Below are positions 52,836 to 64,000 of a stretch of DNA of 64,000 nucleotides, piece after piece (the stretch's first letter is position 1; each line of letters opens with the position of its first letter). Source of the DNA: Felis catus (taxonomy: Eukaryota); assembly GCF_018350175.1 (NCBI RefSeq), contig NC_058368.1, positions 90,274,001 to 90,338,000 of the forward strand. The letters are read 5' to 3'. The translations under genes were made by a program, and so were the position numbers. The notes below the pieces were generated by a model, which saw only the letters and a program-made list of their open reading frames with translations, did no database searches and was not told the DNA's origin.

Positions 52836-52945
52836 GTGGTCACTTCTTTCATCGAAACTCCTTGTCTCCTCGGAGTCTGGTGTATGAAAGTGAATTCTCC
52901 ACAATCGAACCCTCTTTGGACATGTATGATGAGAACAAAACCTGA
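52836..52945 (+). CDS. RNF130: RNF130 distal alternative terminal exon, (S)GHFFHRNSLSPRSLVYESEFSTIEPSLDMYDENKT* when joined to exon 7
   Basis: Strong acceptor tttcctgttccttttccag. Phase 1 fits the exon 7 donor, the frame is open for 36 codons to TGA 52943-52945, and the sequence is unique. It resembles an alternative RNF130 C-terminus recalled from vertebrate isoforms. Confidence 0.82.
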
Positions 52946-55900
52946 TTTTTCTAAATGGGCTCTGGGGGGTCACCTCTTTTGTGATTTGATTTATGATCAC
53001 CTTTCTTATTTTGTATTCTTCTGTCAGTGTCCATTGTGGAAGAATGGCAGGGCTTTCCAAGCACAGATTGGGGCTCAGGGTTAAACTGCAAGGTTCCCCC
53101 AAGGTGAGGCTTTGAGGACAGTGTTATTGTCCAGGTGACCTTGGAGCACTGAAAACCTGTCCAAAGCTGGGCCAGGAATATGGGTCCCAACAAGACTGGC
53201 TGTTCCCGGAGAAGAGCAGGGGCCCAGGGGTCAATGTTGCATTGCAGACATGTCTCTGAGTAATTACATGCATATTCTGTGTCAGGGTGATGTTGGGGTT
53301 TTTAAAATACCTTTTGTGCTCCCCACTTACAGTGCATACTTAAGCTTGCAGGTGACACTCCTCACTGACGTGGGGCACAAGTTGCTGCTACGTGGCCCAC
53401 TCTCTATCTTCCTGTCTCTTCTCCTACTTTCTGTTGAGGAGCCTCTTGCCAAAGGTTCCTGAGAGAAAGGCTTGCCTTTCGTCCCTCCTCTGAGACTACC
53501 ACCCAGCACACCACGGTGGGGCTGCCGGCTGTGCAGGGCAGGCAGTCTTGCTCGTTGCCGTTTCCAGCCCCCCTCCTAGAGCATGACACAGGGGGCCGAG
53601 TGCTTTTGTGACCACCGAAGCCCTGAAGGCCCTGACCCCGAGGCCTGTGGACTTGTCTGCTTGGCATCTGCTGAGGTGTGAGGAGAGGTGGGCCCCACGA
53701 GGACAGCCTGGCAGTCTTCTCTGGATGACCTTGGAGTGATGGCCAATGGGTGTCAAGCCCAGAACAACTCTGAGTGTTTTCTTGAGATCAGACCACCTCC
53801 TTGCTGTTAGATACCAGATGAGCACCCCTCTTCAGTCTTACTAGTCTGACCCAGTTGCCTCCTACCAGCCTTGGCATGAAGAAGGCACAGGGGCTTACAG
53901 AAAAAGACACGGTGGCCAGCATGGCGGACATCAGGGACACACGTGCTCGCCCCACACGCCTGGGGATGACATCCAGTTAACGTCACAAGAAACATGTACG
54001 TGAAGAGTAATCCCAGCACAGAACCACGACAAGCAAATCTGTAAAACAAATTGACGCCTCCTTTTTGCTCAAGGACACACTGCAGATCAGCCTGTTTCTC
54101 CTATCAGTAGGAGCCATATAGAGATGTAAATGTGTTCAGGTCCTAGATCCTTCTTATGAGAATGGAAACTTCAGCCTCCATATGCTTACATCTGGCAGCA
54201 AACCACTCAGACCTGTGACCCCCCCCCCACCCTGTGATTTTTATTAACTCTGTAAAACAGAAATTCAAGGTGGACACTTGCCGTTTTTCCCTGTGCAGCT
54301 GGCTTCTCCCCTTTAAGTGTCTGTTCTCATCACATGTTGCTAGGATGCCTCAAAACACAGTTGCGCCCCCGAGCAAAACCCCTCAGAGAACCAGGGTGGT
54401 GATAGCCATTGGGAACGTCACCTCCCAGTGACCAGTGGCGTTATGTCCATAATCATTTGAGGCTAGAACAATGCAGGATTTTTAAGGTCTTAGCAGCTTT
54501 TTCTTTTTACCTTTAACCAAGGGCTTCTATTTGGTTCTTTTTTTTTTTCCTTTTTATTGTCTTTGTAGTACAAAAAATTTTTTGATAAACAGTTTCAAGA
54601 AAGCACTGTTCAGAAAGACAGGTTTGCCCCACTGGCTCTGTGGTGAGGGAATGAGTCTCAAGGAGATTAGAACTCAGTGTTCCAGACACACACCCAAGTT
54701 TGTGTTTGCTTTGGCTCATCCAACAGGGAAGATGGCTCAATTCTGACCGTGTTGTCTGTACCATGACCTTGTTTTCCTGCACCAGAACTGAGATCCCAGC
54801 AGGGCACTCTCTTCTGATTTGTATGGTCTCACAAAAGGGTAGACATTAAATTTTACTCAAGACATTCCTTTACTGAAAAGGAATGAAGTGACCTGAGAAA
54901 AAATTAAAAACTCAGACCCCTAAAAATCTACATATTAAAACATATTTGAATTTCTGGTAAATCTAGGACACGCCTTCACTGTCAAATAACCAAGGAGGCA
55001 TTTCTTACAGGGGAATTCACTCAGAATAGTGCTCTGGGTCCCAGCTTGACACCTTTTCCCTAAAAATTGAGGCCACTTTTCTGCTCGGCTACAGAACGTC
55101 CTGCCTTTGTCAGGAGAGACAGTAACTTCTATGTGGAGGTCATACACTCCGGGAATAGCAATATTTGTCCCAAATAACAGCCTCTTTGCTGGCAGCGGTG
55201 CTGGAGACTTCTCTGTGGAGCCACTCCAGGGACCCCAGAGAGCGGGGTAGGGGTCTGGGTGAGACATCCTTCTCAGCACCCCTACCTCTGAGAAGTTCGA
55301 GGTTTAGAAGCAGTTTATTGGCCATACAGGCCTGGTTGGGGTTATGGAGAGACCAGACCCTCTTCCCCAGCATATGAGGATCTCAGTTGTTCCAAGTCTT
55401 ACAGCCACAGTGGTTATTAGCCAGGAAGTGTAGATAGCTTCTGAATGTTTTTTTTTTTTTTTTGTGGGGCAGGGAGAGTTACTATTTGAAGAACAGAAGG
55501 GACAGAGGAACAAGTCGCTTACACCGCAAACCCTCTGTCCCTCCTGCGGACTGCTCTGAGCTGGGCCTGGCTCCCACCTCTTCCTCCCAGCATGGCCTCC
55601 ACCCCGTCCCCAGGCCGTGCCCGGTGCAGACCTCTCAGCATGCACCGCAGGATACTTGTGGAGTGGGGTCTGGGGTAGCCATAACCATCACCTGATCAGC
55701 CAGGAATTGGGTCGTTACAGTTAAAATGCAAACACTTAGGATTTGGTTGTGTTTCACTTCCAGAGTGAGCAACTGCCCATAGCCCTCTTTTGCTGATCCG
55801 TCAGGGAGAGGGAAGAGGCCACTGGCTAGGAAACAACAGAAGGGCCAGGCATGGCATCACCCAGTGGTGGGTGGGTAGTGGGTCTGTCCAGGGCTCCCAG

Positions 55901-58900
55901 CTTCTGCCCCCTCAGGGGAAGACCAGCTCTACTCCTGGGTGGTTAAAGACACCTCACCAAGTCTGGTGAGGCCGGCTTTTGAAGTAAGGCTCCATTCCCC
56001 AGCCCCTCCTCAGGCCTGACTCAGAGGAACTGCCAAGGGCCGCGCTTCCCTGAACACCCATTTGGACTGTACTGCCAGCTGCCCTGCTGCACCCAGCAGC
56101 CCAGCTTCCAAAACACGCAGTTGCTAAGGGTTTAAACAAAATAAGGTTACTGAATTTGACTGACCTGAAATTTCCTATGGGCTTTGTAAACTCTTCTCGT
56201 ATTCTTATTACCCCTCACACCCCATTCTTTCCATGATCTCCCGTTAAATGAAACTGGTTCCCAAAATGCTGTCTCCCCATTCACCTTTATCACTTAGGCT
56301 GTGGTTCTGCTATAGGCAAACAAGGAGGTGGTGTTAATGTCAGGTCACCCTGACAAGCGGTTGCTGTTCCTAAATGTCATGGAACAAAAACACTGGTTTC
56401 CAGGAAGTAGAATTTATAAGGAAAAGAGTAGGATTACGAGGCTAATTTCCTCAACAGACCTTTATTCAGTTCTCACTATTTGCTACATTCAGAGTTGAGG
56501 GGGCTCCAGGGATCATGAAGACTTAGGCTGTTCAAGAACACTGGCCAACTGTGCTGTGAGGCGAAATACGATGACGGTGAGTCATGGAGAGGGGGGTTTC
56601 CCCGGGGTGCAGAAGGAGGGGCACCAGGCAGCCATGAGAAGGCAGGATGGGAATGCACACTGCCCCGCCCCATGAAGACGAGGGATGAGGAGCAGGAGAC
56701 TGGCAAGGGCATGGGTCTCACTCCCAGGGCTGTGGGGAGGGCCCACATCTCTGGGAAAGAGCGAGAGTGGGGAGGGTATGGACCAGAGAGGCACTGCAAT
56801 GCCCAGGTGCTGAGGCCTGCCCCAGGGCCGAGGGCTTCACTGTTAGGCCCGAGCCCGGGGTCCCACCAGCCTGAAGAGGAAGTCCAGGTGACCAGTCTCG
56901 GTGACCCGGTAGGTGTTGGTGGGACCCAGGGAGAGCCCCTGTGGGGACACTTTCCACCTCCCTCTAGTGGGAGGCCTGGAGGTGTAGCTCTGGATCTCAG
57001 GCAGCCTGAGGTAAGGAAAGAGCAGTCAGAATTCCTGGGAAGCTGTGTTTGAAAGGAATAGGTCACCTAGACCTACCAAAGTAGCCCCCATGTAATCCCT
57101 GCCCCTCAGATGCCCCAAACCTTCTCCCTCCTCTCCCCTTCTCCTTCTTTCTCCTCCTGCCTCCCTCCCTACACCCTACACCCCTACACATACACACAGG
57201 TGTGTACACAAGACACACGCACTCACACACATATACACTCACAACAGTTAGACTCCCCAGAGAGGCTGTCCAGCCAGGCCTGGCGTTCCCTTCATTCAGA
57301 TGATGGTGGGAGCCAGAGTGGGGCTGAAATTGCCCAGTGACATGAGAGCCAGGCTTGGGAAAAAGCCCTGGGGACACCAACAGTTAAGGGATGAGCAGAA
57401 GGAGCAGGTGTCGGCAACCAATTTAGTTTAAACCAGTGGGTGGGACTTCCCTCTTCAAGAAAGGAGGTGATGGCTTGAGGGGCGGAGGAGTTGGCCCTCA
57501 CTCACTCCCAGAAACAGAGTTTGGACTGACTGACCTGAGCACTACTCCCAACACCCGAGGAAAGGATCGTTATCACAGGGCAACTGTTAGGACACCCACA
57601 GCTTGAAAGAAGTGTCTTCCCTGCTAAGGGCACTTGTCACAAGGGAGGTGCGTCTGCTTGTGCCTTGTGGCCTCGTTGGTAAATCATTCCAAAACCTAGT
57701 GGGAAAAGGAGAAAATGAGCGCATATGTTCACATGACATCCATGGATGTTTCGCAAGACTGGGAAACTTACACATTTTAAGTCTCGTAACATCAGAGGAA
57801 ATCCAGAAAGAAGGATATGGAGGTAAGGTGCCTGTGTTGGCTGCATGGAACTGTGCTTTGCTTACCATCCTGCGAAACAGCAGCAAGAGCCAAGTGTGGC
57901 AGAAGGGGGAAAGGTCTCCCCTCCCCTCCATGTCCCACTCCGAGACGGAGACCCTAACTAGCTGGCGTCTTCCCCGCCCCCTCTCTAGGGCTCCACCGGG
58001 TGCTGGTGGAGTCAGGAAGGTTGCCTTCTTTCTTAGGCGTATCCTGAAAGATCCCCACTGACTGAGCCTTGACAAGGAGGGCCCAGTTGGCACCCTAGTA
58101 GGCAGGGGGTGGTATCAGTCCCCTGTGATCTCGAGAGCTGCATCCCACCAGCCAGCCTCCAGTGACTGTGGAGGGGAAGGGGTGCCGGCAGCCTCAGCTA
58201 CTTAGGACGACATGTCTGCACCCAAGACTTGGCTCTCACTGTCTCACAGTCTAACAAGGCCCCATGGGGGCCCCCAGCCCACAACCCAGGACTTACCTGG
58301 GATTTGCCCTCTGGCAGTTCACTCTAGCTCAAGCCTTTTTTTTTTTTTTTTTTTTTTTTCTGTTTTCTTCACTGACTTGGGGGAGAAGGAAGATACTTTG
58401 TGACAAAAAAAAAAGAAAACAAATTTTCAAAATTTTGAATTTCATGAAAACTTGAGTATTAAACTTTCAGAAGGATTCAGTGCTGCTGGAATCCCTCAGA
58501 CCTTCTTCCTGGGCTTTCCTAGTTCCTCCCATTGAATCTTCTACATGCATATACCACAAAAGACCAAGGTTCGAGGTGGCACCAACCGGCCTGGCATCCT
58601 GAAAGGAAAGAGTTTCTCTGAAACAGCAGGCCCAAGGAGCGTTGCCAGGGGCCCAGAGACAGCTGCCAGAGCCCCGGTGCTCAAGCCAAGGGTGGTGTTG
58701 AGAATCAGCGGAAGCGCCTTTATAAACCACACACATTCTCCTTTGGTGGAAAAGCCAAGAGCTGGAGGAAGTCATTGGCACCCTTTTCTTTGCCGCAGTG
58801 GATCTTGAATCTCCTGGGACACAACCTTGAGGATCCCCGGCCCAGTCGAATGCTGGCCTGAAACGGCTCATTTCCCACCAGTCCACTGTCATCCGCTTGG

Positions 58901-60300
58901 GTGGGCACATGTGTAGGGAAGACGCATGTCGGTTGGTCATCTGGCAACCCTGGCTGGCCTTCATCAGCTCCTTACCCCCTCCACAATCACCCTCTCTCCA
59001 GCTCTCTTTAGGACTCTCAGCAACTGTCAAAAGCCCCAGATGATCGTTCTGAGCTATATTTTTACAAATTTAACCCAGCACAAAGTGGATCCTAATTTGT
59101 TTTCAGAATTACCCTTATCCACAATTAAGTCCAAGTGTATTTACCCTGTGTGATATTAAAGGACTATTCTAGTGACTGGTAGGTACTGAGCTGAGATGGC
59201 TATAAAGACAAAAGGTGGGGTGGGGGGTAAGTAGACTCTAATATCCAGGCCATTTCTTTCCCTTCACTCAAGTAAGCTGTTGCTAAGCAGGTTACCTGCC
59301 TGCTGACTGTATGCTGTGTGGACAAAGTCAACTAGCTGTGGCTAGTGTCTGCGTCCCCAGCACCTTTACTGGGTACCCAGCCTGAAATGACACATGCCTT
59401 CCTAGAGAGAGCACTGTGTCCTACATCCCCCTGGCTTGCTGAGCCAACTGGAGTAGGGGCGCCCTTGGCTGGTGCTTGGGGCCAGAATCTAAAGCCAAGT
59501 CTAAAGCTGAGAACGAGAAGCAGGGTCCACTCCCAAGTGGCTGTGGCTCTGCCTAAGGAAACCTGACCGGTGTGATCACAGAAGCAAAAGACTCCAAGCT
59601 ATGAAATGCTATTTGGGGTATTGGGAACAGCGTCACCTACTAGAATAGTCTTCTTCCTATACAAGAGAAGGAGTTGGTCCAAACTGAAGGCTACATATGT
59701 CACAATTGTTTTTGACCCTCAGTAGCTTTTGTACTCATATAAAATATTAAAGTTACCCCTTTCATATTTGGGTCATTCACAGAGCTCTCTTATTCTGGGT
59801 TCCTGCTAACTATGCACAACATCTCAGAGGATGGCATACAAAACTATTTTTCTAACTGTAGCACAGGTAATTTGGGGTGGGGGAGGCTTGGGATATACCT
59901 AAATGTGGCAAATGACTTATCTTCCACCTTGAAGGATGAAAGGGAAACTATGCACTTGAATTTTAACTCACCAATGGATAGCTTGTGCCAGAAAAAACAT
60001 ACATCAAATAGCCCAAAAGCAAAATTGATCATTTGCTTCATTTGGGGGCTCACTGTAGGGGGAGTTACTTTGTCTAGAACACAGATTACCTGCGAGTAAA
60101 ATGTGAGCTGATTATTGGCAATCAGATCTTAAAAGCCCTTTGAAATGTCCTGGGCAGCACAATGGCCTAGGTCCATATGGTTAATGTAAGTATAATTAAG
60201 TAGTGAAATGGTATGGTATATACCTATATGCTGATAGTGTATACCTGTATGTGTGGGATTTGCTAATATAACCATTTCAATAAAAACCTACTGAAAAAGC
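52946..60300 (+). other. RNF130: Putative long distal 3'UTR of RNF130
   Basis: No CAN-SINE or L1 insertion seen over about 7.4 kb. The first canonical AATAAA found by eye is at 60279. Confidence 0.5.
60279..60284 (+). terminator. Candidate distal poly(A) signal AATAAA
   Basis: Upstream TGTA elements at about 60185-60250 and GT-rich sequence downstream (tgctttgtcc...tgggtgctgttggtggt). Confidence 0.55.
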
Positions 60301-60339
60301 TGCTTTGTCCACATTGGGTGCTGTTGGTGGTAACCTGCA

Positions 60340-60800
60340 TCAGTGAGGGACTCTTGGCTGAAGTGGCAGAAACCCCAGACAAAACTGGCTGAAGCAAAAG
60401 GGGAATTTAGCAGAGCTAACGTGACAGGGGGAACCTTGTGCATGGTCTGACCCTCATACATGGACACCAGTTCTCATTTGCTAGCCTGCTTCCTGCAGGG
60501 AGACTCCAGACTCAGGCTCAGGGTGGTGGTAGCCCCATCAGCACCAGAGCTGGCCCACTTCCCCAGGAGGTAATCCAGAGAAAAATGGGACCTCTTTGAG
60601 GCTGACTGGCTTGGTTGGAGGCCCATGGCCATCACTGAACCAGGTGGTGTGTTACAGATAGTATGTGCCAACAGCCGAGGCCATCATAGGCTCCACTTCT
60701 GCAGCCCCGGAGTGCATGTGGCCTCACCTGAAAGGCAGGAGCTGAGAGTTCCAAGGTGTGGTTTCCTCAGCAAAATCACAATGCTGCACGGGAAGAAGTG
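60340..60800 (-). mobile_element. Probable MLT1 (MaLR) LTR remnant
   Basis: atcagtgagggactcttggctgaagtggcagaaacccc...aaactggctgaagcaaaaggggaattta resembles an MLT1 terminus. Confidence 0.45.
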
Positions 60801-60818
60801 GATGTTGGGGCAGAAGCC

Positions 60819-61040
60819 TGGTGCCTGGGCAGCTCAGTCGGTTAAACATCTGACTCTTGATTTCGGCTCAGGTCATGAGCTCACAGTTGGTGAGACGGAG
60901 CCCCACATCAGGCTCCAGGCCAACAGCACAGAGCCTGCTAGGGATTCTCTCTCTCCATCTCTCTCTGCCCCTCCCCTGCGCGCGCACTCTCTCTCTCTCT
61001 CTGTCTAGAATAAGTGGATAAGCTTTAAAAAAAATTAATT
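60819..61040 (+). mobile_element. CAN/SINEC SINE
   Basis: Head, CT tract, A tail. Confidence 0.87.
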
Positions 61041-62455
61041 AAAATGGGCAAAGGATATAAATAGACATTTCTCCGACAAAGATGCTCAAATGACCATCAA
61101 GCACATGAAAAGATGCTCAACATTGTAAGTCGTTGGGGAAACATAGATCCAAACCAGATGATATACTACTTCATACCCACTAGGGTGGCTGTCATAAACA
61201 AGACAGACAGTAACGGGTGCCTGGGTGGCTCAGTCGGCTAAGCATCCAACTTCGGCTTAGGTCATGATCTCACACTCTGTGAGTTCGAGCCCTGCATCAG
61301 GCTCTGTGCTGGCAGCTCGGAGCCTGGAGCCTGCTTCGGATTCTGTGTCTCCCTCTCTCTCTGCCCCTCACCCGCTCACACTCTGTCTCTCTCCCAGAAA
61401 TAAACATTAAAAAAATTTGTTTAATAAAAAAAAAAAAAGACAATAACAAATGTTGACCAGATATGGAGAAATTGCAACCTCCACACATCACTGGTGGCAA
61501 TGTGAGGTGGTGCGGCTGTTTTGGAGAACAGTGTGGTGGTTCCTCAAAAGGTTCAACATAGGTTTACCATAGGACCCAACAATTCCACTTCTAGAAACAT
61601 GTCCAAGAGAACTGAAAACATGTTCACCCAAAAGCTCGTACACAGATGTTCACAGCAGCATTATTCATAACAGCCTAAAAGGGGAAACAACCCAAATATC
61701 CAACTGAGGAGTGGATAAGGAAAATGGGGCATATTAAAACAATGGGATATTACCCATAAAAAGGAATGAAGTACTGATACATGCTACAACATGAACCTTG
61801 AACACATGACAGTAAGTGAAAGAAGCAAGACACAAAGGCCACATAGTGTATGAGTTCATTTATATGAAATATCCATTTATATACACAATGGAATATTACG
61901 TGGTAATGAGAAAAAATGAAATATGGCCTTTTATAGCAACGTGGATGGAACTGGAGAGTGTGATGCTAAGTGAAATAAGCCATACAGAGAAAGACAGATA
62001 CCATATGGTTTCACTCTTATGTGGATCCTGAGAAACTTAACAGGAACCCATGGGGGAGGGGAAGGAAAAAAAAAAAAAGAGGTTAGAGTGGGAGAGAGCC
62101 AAAGCATAAGAGACTGTTAAAAACTGAGAACAAACTGAGGGTTGATGGGGGGTGGGAGAGAGGAGAGGGTGGGTGATGGGTATTGAGGAGGGCACCTTTT
62201 GGGATGAGCACTGGGTGTTGTATGGAAACCAATTTGTCAATAAATTTAATATATATATAAAAAAAAAAAAGAAATATCCACAATGGCCAAACCCAGAGGG
62301 ACAGAAATAGATTAGTGGTCGCCAGGGGTGGAGGGGGTTGGGGAATGGAGAGTGATACGTAAGAAGTTTCTTTCTGGAGTGATGGAGTTAGTGGTAATGA
62401 TTGCACAACTTTGTGAATGTACTAACACCAAACTGTGCACTTTAAAAGGGTGACT
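61041..62455 (+). mobile_element. Old L1M 3' fragment with a nested SINE (61216-61438) and a nested young L1
   Basis: aaatgggcaaagg...agacatttctcc...aaagatgctcaaca; ttaccataggacccaacaattccacttctag. Confidence 0.85.
61876..62270 (+). mobile_element. Young felid LINE-1, 5'-truncated (ORF2 C-terminus, 3'UTR, poly-A)
   Basis: Open ORF2 end IYTMEYY...WMELESVMLSEISHTEKDRYHM...CGS*, G-rich 3'UTR, A tail, and TSD gaaatatcca at 61866-61875 and 62271-62280. Confidence 0.92.
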
Positions 62456-62458
62456 TTT

Positions 62459-62680
62459 GGGGCGCCTGGGTGGCTCAATTAAGGGTTTGACTTCGGCTCA
62501 GGTCATGATCTTACGGTTCATGAGACCCTGCATCGGGATCTGTGCTGACAGCTCAGAGCCTGGAGCCTGCTTCAGATTCTTTGTCTCCCTCTCTCTCTGC
62601 TCCTCCCCTGCTCATACTCTGTCTCTGTCTCTGTCTCTGTCTCTCTCTCTCAAAAATAAACATTTTTTTTAAAAAAAGAA
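62459..62680 (+). mobile_element. Felid SINEC
   Basis: Head, (CTGTCT)n tract, A tail. Confidence 0.88.
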
Positions 62681-62684
62681 AGAA

Positions 62685-62776
62685 ATGCAAACACTCTGAG
62701 GTGGGGCCCACCAATCTGTGTTTTAACAAGCCTTACAGGTGATTCTGATGTATGCTCAAGCTTGAGAACTACTGGC
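62685..62776. mobile_element. MER5A-like hAT remnant
   Basis: ctctgaggtggggcccaccaatctgtgttttaacaagcc...ggtgattctgatg...gcttgagaactactg. Confidence 0.75.
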
Positions 62777-63880
62777 ATGAAGGAACAAAATAACCCTTTA
62801 CCTCCTCCTAAGGTGTTAACAAGTACTCCAAATTCCTGAGGGTAGATTACTCCCCAGAGAGCACATTATCAGTTCAAGCTTACAAGGTCTTAAAGAAAAA
62901 TGGCCTCTGCGCCTTGATAAGGTCTCAAGCAATACTTCAGAAGACTTTTGATCACTCTGGCTGTCAACCATAAAACTGCCTATTTTACTTCCTTCTATCA
63001 TATTAGATTTCTGAATGCTGGTGACAGAAACCCAATTGGCAACCAGCTAAAGCCTCCCAAGATGATCCCAAAGTGCCCCGATGGGTTTGCCCGCCTGCCG
63101 TTTCCTGGGTGGGCTCAGGCCAGCAGCATGATCCTGCAACCAAACTGGACCTGGACCTTCTGGATTGCCCCAAATATAATTAACAGCTCCCTCTTTCACT
63201 CACAAGTGTCGGTGTTTGTGAGGGGGTGGACCCTTACAGGCCAGCACTGGGAAAGCAGAGGGTCCACATCCTCTACCCATGCTTATGCAGAAACCCCTAA
63301 TGTCCCAGGGCCAGCCCCATCCTGATCCTTGGACCACCAAGCCCCAGGGTCCCTCTCTCTCATGTGTGGGGACTGCACGTATTTCTATGTACCCTGCCAG
63401 CTTCGAGGCTCCCTGACAACCCGTCCTCAGCTCCTGGAGGTTTTCCTAGTCTTAGGTCCCAGCGTCCGAATTCTGAAAATGGTGGCAATCGTCTAACCCC
63501 TTCCAGAAGCCCTTTGCAAAGTTAATATGCCTTGGGGTGCACAGCACAATTAGCCGGACGTGTATTTGCAAATGCTATTTCTTTACATTTCCCCCACAAA
63601 CCCTGGACAGGTTTTCACAGAACGCCAGGGCCCCGGCTCTCTGCGCGACCAGTTCCTTTGGCCTGTGCACTCGGCCATTCTGGCCAGAAGCCCATGGCCC
63701 CGGGGCTGGGCTGTCGCTCCTTAGATGAGACTACAGTGCCGGGCCTTGGGCGAGAGGGAGGCGGACCCGGCCGGGTCAGGCCGGCCTGCGGCGGGAGGCC
63801 GGGGGCAGTGGGGCGGGGCGGGGCCCGGGGAGACGCGCGCGCCCCGCGGGCCCCGAGCCGGCGTTTGCTGGTCCGCGCGC

Positions 63881-63894
63881 CCGCCAGGGGGCGC
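63881..63894 (+). promoter_or_regulatory. CTCF core motif CCGCCAGGGGGCGC
   Basis: Near-perfect match to the CTCF core consensus. Confidence 0.7.
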
Positions 63895-63905
63895 CGCCCG
63901 GTCAG

Positions 63906-63932
63906 CCCGCCCGCCCCGCCCCGCCCCGCCCG
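63906..63932. promoter_or_regulatory. Tandem Sp/KLF GC boxes (CCGCCC)n
   Basis: cccgcccgccccgccccgccccgcccg; a second set gggcggggcggggc lies at about 63810-63824. Confidence 0.7.
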
Positions 63933-64000
63933 CTCGGCTCCGGCGCGGCGGCGACGGCGGCGGCGCTTCCGCCTGGCCGGCCTCGGCCCGGTGCGAGCGG

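Larger units (their letters stand above)
63600..64000 (+). promoter_or_regulatory. TBC1D9B: CpG island, promoter and start of 5'UTR of the next gene, probably TBC1D9B (ATG beyond the window)
   Basis: Very high GC and CpG content, multiple GGGCGG/CCGCCC boxes and a GGC-repeat leader. The gene name rests on recalled RNF130-TBC1D9B synteny; no coding sequence is in the window. Confidence 0.7.

Noticed and set aside
52746..53084. 112-aa ORF overlapping the distal exon
   Set aside because: It is the phase-0 frame (VVTSFIETP...), has a non-ATG start in the intron, and does not match the phases of the exon 7 or exon 8 donors. It would need an exon 6 join, for which I have no support.
56476..59030. 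Long ORFs of 150-196 aa on both strands
   Set aside because: GC-rich composition, mostly non-ATG starts, no recognisable domain and no supporting splice context. They lie in the putative 3'UTR.
1084..62680. Recurring similar short ORFs (MAQxVKxxTSAQVMIS...) as a peptide gene family, or SINE heads as tRNA genes
   Set aside because: All are translations of tRNA-derived CAN/SINEC copies with A tails and TSDs.
1..64000. Prokaryote-style novel system (CRISPR array, operon, defence locus)
   Set aside because: The sequence is intron-rich mammalian DNA, with no repeat-spacer array or dense gene cluster.

Overview
Mammalian genomic DNA, almost certainly from a cat-family (Felidae) genome: it is dense in tRNA-derived CAN/SINEC SINEs and carries a young felid-type L1 3' end. 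The + strand holds the 3' part of RNF130 (Goliath; PA-TM-RING E3 ubiquitin ligase). Coding exons 4-8 lie at 7448-22397, and a proximal terminal exon at 28843 has a short 3'UTR and clustered poly(A) signals. Exon numbering follows the human gene as recalled. A second, distal terminal exon lies about 24 kb further on at 52836 and is missed by the ORF track. The splice phases predict four different C-termini, and the distal exon can be read in two frames. An interval of about 7.4 kb with no young repeats follows it and may be a very long 3'UTR ending at AATAAA 60279. The window ends in a CpG island with GC boxes and a CTCF motif, probably the TBC1D9B promoter/5'UTR. The rest is intronic or intergenic L1, SINE, MIR, L2 and MER sequence. 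No prokaryote-type system (CRISPR, operon, defence island) is present. Nearly all listed ORFs are spurious or repeat-derived. Repeat family names come from recall, not from a database search.
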